Source: an uncultured Candidatus Saccharibacteria bacterium (GTDB lineage: Bacteria > Patescibacteriota > Minisyncoccia > Minisyncoccales > JAGGSE01). From it: a DNA stretch of 64,000 nt. Positions within the stretch are counted from its first letter, which is position 1, and every line of letters begins with the position of its first letter. Shown in pieces: positions 10,049-19,290 of the stretch. The stretch lies in the NCBI GenBank assembly GCA_964591195.1, contig CAZPZY010000001.1, forward strand, positions 7,111 through 71,110. The letters run 5' to 3'. Under the pieces are notes generated by a model. That model saw nothing but the letters and a program-made list of their open reading frames with translations. It was not told the DNA's origin and ran no database searches. The translations under genes were made by a program, and so were the position numbers.

Positions 10049-11311
10049 ATGGAACTAAAGAATCTAATTAAAAAATTTGTTCCCTCCCCCTTGCTCAATT
10101 TTTATCATCTTTCCCTTTCTTTCTTAGGAGCGGTCTTTTATGGATTTCCCTCCCGGAAATTAAGGGTTATCGGCGTGACAGGGACAAATGGAAAAACAAC
10201 AACAACTGAAATGATAACAAAAATCCTTGAGGATAACGGATTTGGGGTTGCCCTGGCTAACTCAATCCGCTTCAAAATCAAGGAAAAAGAAGAAAAAAAT
10301 GAATTAAGAATGACAATGCCGGGAAGGGCATTCCTCCAAAAATTTTTGAGAAAGGCAGTAAAAGAAAAATGCCAATATGCTGTTTTAGAAGTAACCTCGG
10401 AAGGAATTATCCAATACAGGCATAAATTCATTGATTTTGACGCTGCCATTCTTACCAATTTAAGCCCGGAACATATAGAAAGGCATGCTGGATTTGAAAA
10501 CTACAAAAGAGCGAAGGCAGAATTGTTTCAGGCAACAAAAAATATCCATATCATAAATTTAGATGATAAAAACGCCGACTACTTTCTCCAGTTTCGGGCA
10601 AAAGAAAAATATCTCTATAGAAAAGTCAATGGCAAAGAGCCAATGGCAAAGATTGAAATTCAAAAAGAAGGATTTTCCAAGACCCTAAAATTTCCCCTTT
10701 CCCTAAACCTGCTGGGAGATTTCAACATCTACAACGCTTTAGCCGCTGTCTGCCTTGGCTTGTCTCAGGGGATTGATCTAGCAAAATGCAAAAGGTCATT
10801 GGCCTCTTTCAGGGGCGTAGAGGGAAGAATGGAGGAGGTAATTTCTGAACCCTTTAGGGCAATTGTTGACTATGCCTTTACCCCCAATGCCTTAGAAAAG
10901 GTTTATCAGACACTTGTCAATAGGTTCATAAAACAAACAAACGCCCAACTAATCTGCGTTTTGGGCGCCTGTGGTGGGGGAAGAGACAAATGGAAAAGAC
11001 CTGTCCTAGGGAAAATAGCCGCCAAATACTGCAATAAGGTCATTCTTACCAATGAAGACCCTTATGACGAAGACCCAATGGAAATTATAAACCAGGTGGC
11101 TGAAGGAACCCAGAGCCAGCAGAGCAAATCAGTTTATAAAATTTTAGACCGGCGTGAGGCAATCAAAAAATCATTGCAACTGGCAAAAAAGGGCGATGTA
11201 ATAATAATCACGGGCAAGGGGTGCGAACCCTCAATTTGTTTGGCACAAGGAAAAAAGATTCCTTGGGATGACAGAAGGGTCCTCAGAGAAGAGTTTGAAA
11301 AAAATCTATGA
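10049..11311 (+). CDS. Mur ligase family protein, MurE-like C-terminal motifs, unusually short N-terminus
   Basis: VIGVTGTNGKTTTT ATP site at residue ~43; TNLSPEHIERH middle-domain motif; C-terminal VDYAFTPNAL...GACGGGRDKWKRP...TNEDPYDEDP resembles MurE DYAHTPDAL/GGDRDKGKR/DNPR motifs. Confidence 0.65.
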   Translation: MELKNLIKKFVPSPLLNFYHLSLSFLGAVFYGFPSRKLRVIGVTGTNGKTTTTEMITKILEDNGFGVALANSIRFKIKEKEEKNELRMTMPGRAFLQKFLRKAVKEKCQYAVLEVTSEGIIQYRHKFIDFDAAILTNLSPEHIERHAGFENYKRAKAELFQATKNIHIINLDDKNADYFLQFRAKEKYLYRKVNGKEPMAKIEIQKEGFSKTLKFPLSLNLLGDFNIYNALAAVCLGLSQGIDLAKCKRSLASFRGVEGRMEEVISEPFRAIVDYAFTPNALEKVYQTLVNRFIKQTNAQLICVLGACGGGRDKWKRPVLGKIAAKYCNKVILTNEDPYDEDPMEIINQVAEGTQSQQSKSVYKILDRREAIKKSLQLAKKGDVIIITGKGCEPSICLAQGKKIPWDDRRVLREEFEKNL

Positions 11312-11712
11312 AAAAATTTGAAATACTGGAACACGAGGCAGACCTGAAAATCAGGGTGCTTGGAAAAAGCAAAAAAGAACTCTTTAAAAACGCAATGATT
11401 GGAATGGAAAGTGTTCTTCGGCCAGAGGGTAAAGGTCCAAAATCAGAACCAAAAGAAATAAAGATAAAATCTAATGACCTAAATTCCCTTTTGGTTGATT
11501 TTTTATCGGAAATCAATTATCTAAATGAAGTAAACAAAGAAATCTATAATAAAATAAAATTTGCTAAATTTTCTGATAAGGAATTGGAAGGGGAACTCTC
11601 CGGCTACAAGGTCGAAGGTTTTGGATTGGTCATAAAGGGGGCAACCTATCATAACTTAGAGATTAAGCAAAAAAATAAAATCTGGCAGGCAACAATTTTA
11701 TTTGATATATGA
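11308..11712 (+). CDS. archease (RtcB activator/chaperone)
   Basis: N-terminal FEILEHEADLKIRVLGKS...LFKNAMIGM matches the archease family; immediately upstream of rtcB with a 4-nt overlap. Confidence 0.75.
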   Translation: MKKFEILEHEADLKIRVLGKSKKELFKNAMIGMESVLRPEGKGPKSEPKEIKIKSNDLNSLLVDFLSEINYLNEVNKEIYNKIKFAKFSDKELEGELSGYKVEGFGLVIKGATYHNLEIKQKNKIWQATILFDI

Positions 11713-13151
11713 TTTCCAAAAAAACTTTCAAGAAAATAAATGACTATCTATGGGAGATTCCGAAATCCTTTAGGCCGGATATGAGGGTCCCGGCAAGGAT
11801 CTATGTTTCTGAAAAGATGTTGGAAAGTTGCTTTAAGGACGAGTCAATTGCTCAGCTTATTAATACCGCTACCCTTCCCGGAGCTGTAAAATATGCGATT
11901 GCTATGCCGGATATCCACGAAGGGTATGGTATGCCCATTGGAGGAGTAGTGGCTACAAAGTATCCAGAAGGAGCAATTTCGCCAGGGGGAGTAGGAATGG
12001 ATGAAAACTGTGGGGTAAGATTGTTAAAATCGGAATATACTGAAAAAGAAATTAACCCCTATTTAGACAAACTGGCAACAGAAATTCAAAAAGAGGTTCC
12101 CTCGGGACTAGGGAGAGGGAGAAAGATTAAATTATCGATTGAACAAATTAACAAAATTTTAGAAGGTGGTGTTCCTTATTTGGTTGAAAAGGGTTATGGA
12201 GAAAAAGAAGATATTGAAAATTGCGAGCATCAGGGAAGAATGGAAATGGCAGATGAGAATTGTGTTTCTGAAAAAGCAAAAAACCGGGGAAGAGATCAGG
12301 TAGGGACTCTTGGGAGCGGAAATCATTTTTGCGAAGTTCAAAAAGTTGAGGAAATTTTTGATGAGGAAGTTGCTAAAATCTTTGGATTATTTAAAGATCA
12401 AGTTGTAGTAATGATCCATACCGGTTCTCGCGGTCTTGGCCATCAAAATTGCACTGATTATTTAAGAATTTTAATGCCAATTTATCCGAAATATGGAATA
12501 AAATTGCCGGATAAAGAACTTTGCTGTGTTCCCTTTAATTCTCCTGAAGGTCAAAGATTTTTTAGGGCAATGTCTGCTGCTTGCAATTTTGCTTGGGCGA
12601 ATAGACATATGATAACCCATTATGTTAGAAAGGCATGGCAAAAAGTTTTAGGAAAAAATGTTAAATTAAAATTACTTTATGATGTCGCTCACAATATTGC
12701 CAAAATTGAAGAGCATAATATTGATGCTAAAAAAATGAAATTAATTGTTCATCGCAAAGGAGCCACTCGGGCTTTTCCACCAGGTCATCCAGAACTGCCA
12801 GAAAAATATAAAGAAACTGGACAGCCGGTTTTGACTCCGGGCTCAATGGGAACGGCTTCCTATGTCTTAGTCGGAACAGAAAAATCAAGAGAGGCATTTT
12901 ATACTGTCAATCATGGAGCAGGCCGTACCATGTCCCGGCACAGGGCAATGAAGACCACCTCTGGGCAGAGAGTAATCAACCAGTTGAAATTAAAGGGAAT
13001 TGTGGTAAAATGTCATTCAATGAGGGGAATTGCCGAAGAGGCCCCCTTGGCTTATAAAGATATTGAGGAAGTAATAGAGGTCGTCAACAATGCCAATTTA
13101 GCCAAAAAGGTAGCAAAATTATCTCCCCTTGCGGTAATCAAGGGGGAGTAA
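11709..13151 (+). CDS. rtcB: RNA-splicing ligase RtcB (3'-phosphate/5'-OH RNA ligase)
   Basis: HEGYGMPIGGVVAT, GSGNHFCEVQ and NHGAGR metal/GTP-site motifs. Confidence 0.9.
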   Translation: MISKKTFKKINDYLWEIPKSFRPDMRVPARIYVSEKMLESCFKDESIAQLINTATLPGAVKYAIAMPDIHEGYGMPIGGVVATKYPEGAISPGGVGMDENCGVRLLKSEYTEKEINPYLDKLATEIQKEVPSGLGRGRKIKLSIEQINKILEGGVPYLVEKGYGEKEDIENCEHQGRMEMADENCVSEKAKNRGRDQVGTLGSGNHFCEVQKVEEIFDEEVAKIFGLFKDQVVVMIHTGSRGLGHQNCTDYLRILMPIYPKYGIKLPDKELCCVPFNSPEGQRFFRAMSAACNFAWANRHMITHYVRKAWQKVLGKNVKLKLLYDVAHNIAKIEEHNIDAKKMKLIVHRKGATRAFPPGHPELPEKYKETGQPVLTPGSMGTASYVLVGTEKSREAFYTVNHGAGRTMSRHRAMKTTSGQRVINQLKLKGIVVKCHSMRGIAEEAPLAYKDIEEVIEVVNNANLAKKVAKLSPLAVIKGE

Positions 13152-13156
13152 AAACT

Positions 13157-14962
13157 ATGAAAAAAATATTCTCTATACTCGTCCTCATCGGTCTGGTAGC
13201 AGGTTTGTCTTCAGAGCCCGTTAATATCTGGGCAAGGAAAGAAATTGGAGGAAAAGAAATAAAAGAAAAGGTAGAGAATCTAATTCCTCATCAGCCAGAA
13301 GAAAAGTCAGAAGGAGGAAAAATCTCTTCCACCTCAAGGAAAAAGGTAGTGAAGGATATTGCTCCAGAGTTCCAATTTATCCAACCCAAAACAGGAGAAA
13401 AACTAAAGGGAAAATTTGAGATAAAAGGCAGGGTAAAAGACGCTGATTCAGTTGAAATCTATTACCAATTGTCAGGAGCAATCCTTCCTGTTTATCTAGG
13501 AAAAGCCCAATCAAAGGAAAAGGATATCTGGAAATACTCTTGGGACACAAATCTGTCTCCCAATGGCAACTACGAACTTTTTGTAAAAATTAACAACAAA
13601 TATGGCGAATATGAAAGTTCAAGAATTAATATTGAAATTGAAAATGAAGTTCCTCATGACCAAGAAAAAGAAAACAAACTAAAAGAAGAGATATCCCAGG
13701 CAAGCCATGAAATTGAAAAACAAGAAGAAGAAATATCCACAGCAAAGAAGGAAATAAAAAAGAAGATAACAGAAGAAATTAAAAAGGTAGCGGAGGAAGC
13801 AAAGAGGGCCATCCCTGAAGAAAAAAAGAAAATTATAGAATCAGAAGTTGACAAAAGCGTTCAAGAAGCAAGTAAGGTAGTGGCAGAAAGCATAGAAGAA
13901 CTGGCCAAAAAAACCGAGGAAGAAAAGATAACCGAAGAAGAAATAACCAAAAAGGAAAAAGAGAAAGAAAAAATAGACAATAAAATTAAATCTGTTCAGA
14001 AAAAATTGGAAACCTCGCCAGCAACAACCTCTAAAAAGATAATAAAAGAGGTATTGAAAAGCCATCAGAAGGAAAAAGAAAAAATCGATAAACAGTTAGA
14101 GATGGCCAAAAACAAATTAGGCGAAATTAAAAAAGAGAAAGAGAAAAAGATAAACGAAATAATAAAGACAATTGACAATGTCTCAAAGCCATTAGAGGCA
14201 GTTCAGCCGACAAGCACAGTTTTTAGAACCAAAAAGGCGGCTAAGATAAAAATCAATCCCCTTCTAAAAAATTTAGAGGAGAAGGTTGAGAAAAAAACAG
14301 CAGAAAAAATTAAAAAGCAGACGATATTGGTTAGGGATTCAGATAATGATGGGCTCTCGGATAAAGAAGAGATAGCAATAGGAACCAACCCCTTTAATCC
14401 TGACTCGGATAGAGACGGCTTCTTGGACGGAGACGAATATGTGGCAGGTTTTAATCCATTAAAGCCGGGACCAGCCGGAAAAATTGTCTATCAGAATCCA
14501 AAAAGGGTTCTGCCCCAAAAAACTGATATCTATAGGGTAGAGAGGGTAGAAACGGTTGCTTTGCCCCATGGAGGAAAGGGATTAAAATTCAGCGGGAGGG
14601 GCTTGCCAAACTCTTTTATTACCTTGTTTATTTTCTCAAAACCGATAGTGGTTGTAGTCAAAACAGATAGTAGTGGTCATTGGGAGTACACCCTAGACAA
14701 GCCCTTAAGTGATGGCCAACACACTGTTTATGCTACGCTGACTGACAACCAAGGGCAAATCAAGGCACGTTCTGAAACATTTGTCTTCGTCAAAAAAGGA
14801 GAAAATGTCTTCAGAATTCTTGAAACCCCTGCTGAAGCGGTCTCACCTGTTGAAAAATTAAAAGGCCCTTTTACTATCTTAATTCTTTCTATTGTTATAT
14901 TATGCCTAACAATCGCCCTTATTATAATTGATATTTTAGCCAGGAAGAGGAGAAATGTTTAG
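13157..14962 (+). CDS. secreted/cell-surface protein: signal peptide, K/E-rich coiled coil, Asp-rich Ca-binding (thrombospondin-type-3-like) repeats, Ig-like domain, C-terminal TM anchor
   Basis: N-terminal hydrophobic signal; DSDNDGLSDKEE...NPFNPDSDRDGFLDGDE repeats; C-terminal GPFTILILSIVILCLTIALIIIDILARKRRNV. Confidence 0.5.
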   Translation: MKKIFSILVLIGLVAGLSSEPVNIWARKEIGGKEIKEKVENLIPHQPEEKSEGGKISSTSRKKVVKDIAPEFQFIQPKTGEKLKGKFEIKGRVKDADSVEIYYQLSGAILPVYLGKAQSKEKDIWKYSWDTNLSPNGNYELFVKINNKYGEYESSRINIEIENEVPHDQEKENKLKEEISQASHEIEKQEEEISTAKKEIKKKITEEIKKVAEEAKRAIPEEKKKIIESEVDKSVQEASKVVAESIEELAKKTEEEKITEEEITKKEKEKEKIDNKIKSVQKKLETSPATTSKKIIKEVLKSHQKEKEKIDKQLEMAKNKLGEIKKEKEKKINEIIKTIDNVSKPLEAVQPTSTVFRTKKAAKIKINPLLKNLEEKVEKKTAEKIKKQTILVRDSDNDGLSDKEEIAIGTNPFNPDSDRDGFLDGDEYVAGFNPLKPGPAGKIVYQNPKRVLPQKTDIYRVERVETVALPHGGKGLKFSGRGLPNSFITLFIFSKPIVVVVKTDSSGHWEYTLDKPLSDGQHTVYATLTDNQGQIKARSETFVFVKKGENVFRILETPAEAVSPVEKLKGPFTILILSIVILCLTIALIIIDILARKRRNV

Positions 14963-16286
14963 GTTTCTTAAATTCATAAAAACCTATCCTGGAATTCTAT
15001 ATTCTCTTTTTTTAATTATCTTTATTCCGCTTGCCTTCTACCTCGTTACCCTCTTTAGTGTCAATGCCTTTCAGAAAAACATCAACACCGTCCTTCAAAC
15101 AAAAGCCATTTTGGCAGAAAACATCATTAATGTCTTTAGCCCCGGTCTTCTTTCTCAACCGGAGGCTCTAGAAAGAAAAATTGAGCAGATCACAAAAGAA
15201 AATCCTGAAATCAAGAAACTCCGCTTTATAAAGCAGGAAAATGGAGAATTTAAAATTATTGCCTCTCAGGACCCCAAAGAAACAGGGGCATTCATTTCCG
15301 ATCCCTCCTTGGCTATAAGCTGGTCTCAAGGCCAAGCCATAGCCAAGAAGATAGAGATAAACGGCACAAGGTTTTGGAGTGTTAATAAACCAATTTTTGA
15401 TCCCCAAACAGGAAAAAAAATAGGCATTGTCTCTCTGGCTCTTTCTTTGGAACAATCCGACCTTTTAATCACCCGCTTAATTCATATCAGTTATGCCATT
15501 GTTATTATTGCCAATGTCCTCATCCTCTTTCTTATCCTCCAGCATACCCGACTCTTTTCCTATGTAGCCCTCTACAAAAAACTTCAGGAACTTGACAAAA
15601 TGAAGGATGAGTTTATTAGAATGGCAACCCACGAACTTCGCAGTCCTATTATAAACATCAGGGGTTATATTGAAGTTCTGAGGGAAAAAATTGAGCCCTC
15701 CCTGGATGAAGAAGAGAAAGAATATCTGCGGAGGATTGATATCTCAGCAAAAAACCTGGGCAATCTTATTGACGACATTCTCCAGGTTTCCAGAATCCAG
15801 CAGGGCCGACTGGATATCACTCCAAAAAGGATTCAGCCGGAGATTGTTATCAAGGAGGTAATCAAAGAGTTGGAACTGAAGGCCCAGAAAAAGGGCCTGA
15901 AATTAGTCTTTCAGCCCCAAGAGGAACCCCTTTATATTATGGCAAACCCCAACCGACTGCGGGAGATTATCTTCAATCTTGTCAATAATGCCATCAAATA
16001 TACGCCCAAGGGATGGGTAAAACTTGAAACCCAGGCAGACAAGATAAGAAAAAAATACCGCATCTCTGTAGCGGATACTGGGCTAGGCATCTCGGCTCAA
16101 GCCCAAACAAAACTTTTCCAAAAGTTCTACCGGGTTAGAACCAGGGAAACAGCCGATATTCCAGGAACCGGGCTGGGGCTGTGGATTAGCAAAGAACTCT
16201 GCCAAAAAATGGGCGGACAGATATTCTTAGAAAGCATGGAAGGAAAGGGCTCAAAGTTCACCCTTATCTTTCCCTTAGCCTCTTGA
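14955..16286 (+). CDS. sensor histidine kinase (two TM helices, HisKA, HATPase_c)
   Basis: H-box MATHELRSPI; G-boxes DTGLGI and GTGLGLWISKELCQKMGG. Confidence 0.8.
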   Translation: MFRFLKFIKTYPGILYSLFLIIFIPLAFYLVTLFSVNAFQKNINTVLQTKAILAENIINVFSPGLLSQPEALERKIEQITKENPEIKKLRFIKQENGEFKIIASQDPKETGAFISDPSLAISWSQGQAIAKKIEINGTRFWSVNKPIFDPQTGKKIGIVSLALSLEQSDLLITRLIHISYAIVIIANVLILFLILQHTRLFSYVALYKKLQELDKMKDEFIRMATHELRSPIINIRGYIEVLREKIEPSLDEEEKEYLRRIDISAKNLGNLIDDILQVSRIQQGRLDITPKRIQPEIVIKEVIKELELKAQKKGLKLVFQPQEEPLYIMANPNRLREIIFNLVNNAIKYTPKGWVKLETQADKIRKKYRISVADTGLGISAQAQTKLFQKFYRVRTRETADIPGTGLGLWISKELCQKMGGQIFLESMEGKGSKFTLIFPLAS

Positions 16287-16494
16287 GCGAAATCAAAGCA
16301 AATGTGGCTAAAAATCTAATTTGGCAGGGATGGTAAGCCAAGGTTTGATGGGATAGTTCTATTTAAAGTATCAGAAACAAACCCCTGTTTAGACCTACGA
16401 TATTAACCATTGATACTCCCAGACCTTGCTATCCCGAGAAACTGCTAATACGTAGGTGTTGCAACATTTTCTTATCTATGGTATCCTAAAGGAT

Positions 16495-16767
16495 ATGCCT
16501 ATTACCAAATCGGCCAAAAAAGCCCTGAGGCAAAATCTAAAAAGAAGGGCAAGAAACCGTGAGAAGAAAAGGAAGATAAAAGCCCTGATTAAACAGGCAA
16601 AGGATTTTATTCAACTAAAAAAAACTGAACAGGCAAAAAAACTGCTGCCGATGATATATAAGTCCATAGACAAGGCAGCAAAGACCGGGGTTCTCAAAAA
16701 AAATGCCGCAAGCAGAAAAAAGGCAAAGATAGCCAAACTAATAAACAAAGAAACTAAATCTCTGTAA
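16495..16767 (+). CDS. rpsT: 30S ribosomal protein S20 (start at MPITKSAKKA; the 16456 start in the ORF track looks like a 5' over-extension)
   Basis: MPITKSAKKALRQNLKRRARNREKKRKIK is a classic S20 N-terminus; ~90 aa. Confidence 0.8.
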   Translation: MPITKSAKKALRQNLKRRARNREKKRKIKALIKQAKDFIQLKKTEQAKKLLPMIYKSIDKAAKTGVLKKNAASRKKAKIAKLINKETKSL

Positions 16768-17680
16768 CAAGCAAATCAAGACCAAGTTCAGGATTCATTT
16801 TTCCGCTTTTAATCTCAAGGTCTAATTCAAACAACCTTCGGTAAATCCTTTTTAACTGGCCCGAGGTAAATTTCCTCAAAAGGGGAAGGGTTTTTTTGAT
16901 TACATAAGGATGAATCCCGCTTGAGTAGGGGGAGAACCCCCTTTCAAGAAGGTCCTTAACAACCAAAAGGTTGCGAAATTGAAAATCAATCATTGAGAAT
17001 AAATAAAATGGAGATTCCCCCGAGTTTAGATGCGCCCTTATCAAGCCAAGGGCTGTTTTTCTATCTTTTTTGGCTATGGCATTGATGGTCTTAAAAATAT
17101 CGCTTTCTATTTTTGGCTTCACCAATGCCCGAACATCCTCTTCTTCTACAACAGAGTTTTTTCCTTTATAAGAGGATAATTTCCTGATTTCATTTGTCAT
17201 CCGCCAGGTGTCAGGACCCACAAAATCAATAAGTTGGCTCAATGCCCTTTGTTGAATTTTAACCCTGTATCGGGAAAATTCAGAGATTATCCATCTTTCC
17301 AGTTGTCTGCCTTTTAAGAAATCAAACTCTTGACTCCTTGAATTTTCAAGAAGAAATTTAAAAAATCTGTCTTTTTTCTCTATCTTCCTTGCTTCATAAA
17401 TCAAAATGGTGGCATTGGAAGACAAAATCCTCTTTTTGTTCTTGATAAACAAATCCTTGAATTCCTGATTTGAGAAAACGCCTTCTAAAATGAACAACCT
17501 TTTTTCTCCAAATATTGTGCCGGTTTCAATCTCCTGCCGAAAACTCCTAAAATCTAAATCCCTGCCTTCAAGGCGTCTTAATCCCGAGCCCTCCTTATGA
17601 ACCTCTTTATACCGGGCAATAAATTCATTCAACTTCCGCCGGCTTCTATAGGTATCTTGCCCATAGAGGAAAATAATCAT
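16754..17680 (-). CDS. holA: DNA polymerase III delta subunit
   Basis: N-terminal MIIFLYGQDTYRSRRKLNEF pattern and ~310-aa size typical of HolA. Confidence 0.7.
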   Translation of the reverse strand: MIIFLYGQDTYRSRRKLNEFIARYKEVHKEGSGLRRLEGRDLDFRSFRQEIETGTIFGEKRLFILEGVFSNQEFKDLFIKNKKRILSSNATILIYEARKIEKKDRFFKFLLENSRSQEFDFLKGRQLERWIISEFSRYRVKIQQRALSQLIDFVGPDTWRMTNEIRKLSSYKGKNSVVEEEDVRALVKPKIESDIFKTINAIAKKDRKTALGLIRAHLNSGESPFYLFSMIDFQFRNLLVVKDLLERGFSPYSSGIHPYVIKKTLPLLRKFTSGQLKRIYRRLFELDLEIKSGKMNPELGLDLLVTEI

Positions 17681-19290
17681 ATATCTAAAAGTTTAAGAAT
17701 TTTTTCTCTGTCTGCCAGCCACAGAAAGGTTGCCAGGCGTGGGCCCCTATCTTTGCCAAACAAGAGATTGTAAATATCCTTAAAAAACGCTCTCTGAGAC
17801 AGGGTAATTTTTTTTGGATCAAGCCCTGGCTCTTTAGGAATCTCATAGAGTATTTTTTTTAATTCCTCTACTGAGGAAGTGCCTGTCTCAATCCTCTCTC
17901 TTAATCTTCTTATCTGCTCTATTGATTTGAGGCTCATTTTTTTGAGATATTCTTGGTTAGGGTTTTCCAATAAAGAAAACCCTTGTTCAGGATTATATCT
18001 TTGAAGCCAGTTCCTGGCTCTTTTCAAACGAGACCTAACAGATTCCTTATCGTAGGCAATCCCCAATTTTTCCAATAATCTAATTGTCTTTTCTTGGTCC
18101 CATTGGGCAATCTGGCCCAGGGCGACCGCCTGACGAAAAGGAATTGGGTGTTTGTAAAATTTTTCCTTTTCAATGCTTAATTCTAAAGCCTGCCGACGTT
18201 CTAAATTAAGGACATTCTGTTGATACCTTTCAACCTCACTATCAAACTCATCATATTGGCGGTAGATCTCGCTGTCAAAAGCCAAGGTAAAAACACTGCT
18301 AGGCGATCTTCTTAAATACATCCATTTTAACAGGGAGGGCTCGTATATTTCCAAAAGTTGAAGCGGGGATACGGCATTGCCCTTTGAACTGGACATCTTT
18401 CCTTTCAGCCCCCGTAAGCCAATGAATTGGTAGCCGGCAAAAACAGGAGCCCTAATACCAAAAACCTCCCTGGCTATCACCTTAGAGACATCATAGCTCC
18501 CACCGGGAGAGGCATGATCAGCCCCTCCGGGCTCAAAAACCACTCCCTCTGCCATCCAGCGCATTGCCCAATCGGTTTTCCAAGCCAACTTTACTATATG
18601 TTCTTTGGTTATATCAATTTCATCAATCCTATTTGTCTTAAGACACTGATACCTTATTTTTGTCCTGCCATCATAAGCCAAGATTTTAACATTATCCTTG
18701 CCACTAAAGCGCGAATAAATAGAAATTGGATAATAGTTTTTTATGAACTCTTTAGGATCTATTCCCTTTTCTCTTTTTGCCTTCTCTGACATAAAGGAAA
18801 GAAGTATTTGGGCAATTTTTTGACGGGAATTTAATGCCTGAATAATAAACTGGTCATAACGGCCCGATTTGTATTCTTTGGTCTGATAACGATACTCAAG
18901 ATTTATCTCCAACTCAACCATTGCTCTCTCAAACTCTTTCTCAAATCTTTCTGCCCAGGAGTTATATTTTCCATCGGGGTCTGGAACAGAACTCAGGGGC
19001 GCCCCGATATATTTTTTGAAAGAATCATCTACCTCTGGAGGGACCCTCCGAAAGCGGTCAAAGTCATCCCAAGAAAAAATGAAACGGACCTTTTTGCCCT
19101 CTCTTTGAAGTTGTTTAGCCACAGCAAGGGAGGTCATTACATCGCGAAAGTTGCCAAAATGGACCGTTCCAGAGGGGGTAATTCCAGCGGCACAAACATA
19201 AACCTTCCTTGCAGGAAATTTTTTAAGAACCAATTTTGCAATTATTCTACTCCAATGCTGGCTATTGTCTTCCATAATTATTTTTGGCAT
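17677..19290 (-). CDS. lysK: class I lysyl-tRNA synthetase (archaeal-type LysRS); start probably at MPKIIMED rather than the upstream in-frame M
   Basis: PSGTVHFGNFRDV (HIGH-region variant) and KGKMSSSKG (KMSKS) in a class-I LysRS-like arrangement. Confidence 0.75.
   Translation of the reverse strand: MPKIIMEDNSQHWSRIIAKLVLKKFPARKVYVCAAGITPSGTVHFGNFRDVMTSLAVAKQLQREGKKVRFIFSWDDFDRFRRVPPEVDDSFKKYIGAPLSSVPDPDGKYNSWAERFEKEFERAMVELEINLEYRYQTKEYKSGRYDQFIIQALNSRQKIAQILLSFMSEKAKREKGIDPKEFIKNYYPISIYSRFSGKDNVKILAYDGRTKIRYQCLKTNRIDEIDITKEHIVKLAWKTDWAMRWMAEGVVFEPGGADHASPGGSYDVSKVIAREVFGIRAPVFAGYQFIGLRGLKGKMSSSKGNAVSPLQLLEIYEPSLLKWMYLRRSPSSVFTLAFDSEIYRQYDEFDSEVERYQQNVLNLERRQALELSIEKEKFYKHPIPFRQAVALGQIAQWDQEKTIRLLEKLGIAYDKESVRSRLKRARNWLQRYNPEQGFSLLENPNQEYLKKMSLKSIEQIRRLRERIETGTSSVEELKKILYEIPKEPGLDPKKITLSQRAFFKDIYNLLFGKDRGPRLATFLWLADREKILKLLDI

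Noticed and set aside
16287-16455. Possible tRNA or small RNA in the 169-nt gap upstream of rpsT (inverted repeat GGGATAG…CTATCCC)
   Set aside because: No cloverleaf (no T-arm GTTCGAATC-type motif, no 7-bp acceptor stem) could be built. It more likely contains the rpsT promoter/leader (TTGCAA…TGGTATCCT). No tRNA was found anywhere in the window by eye.
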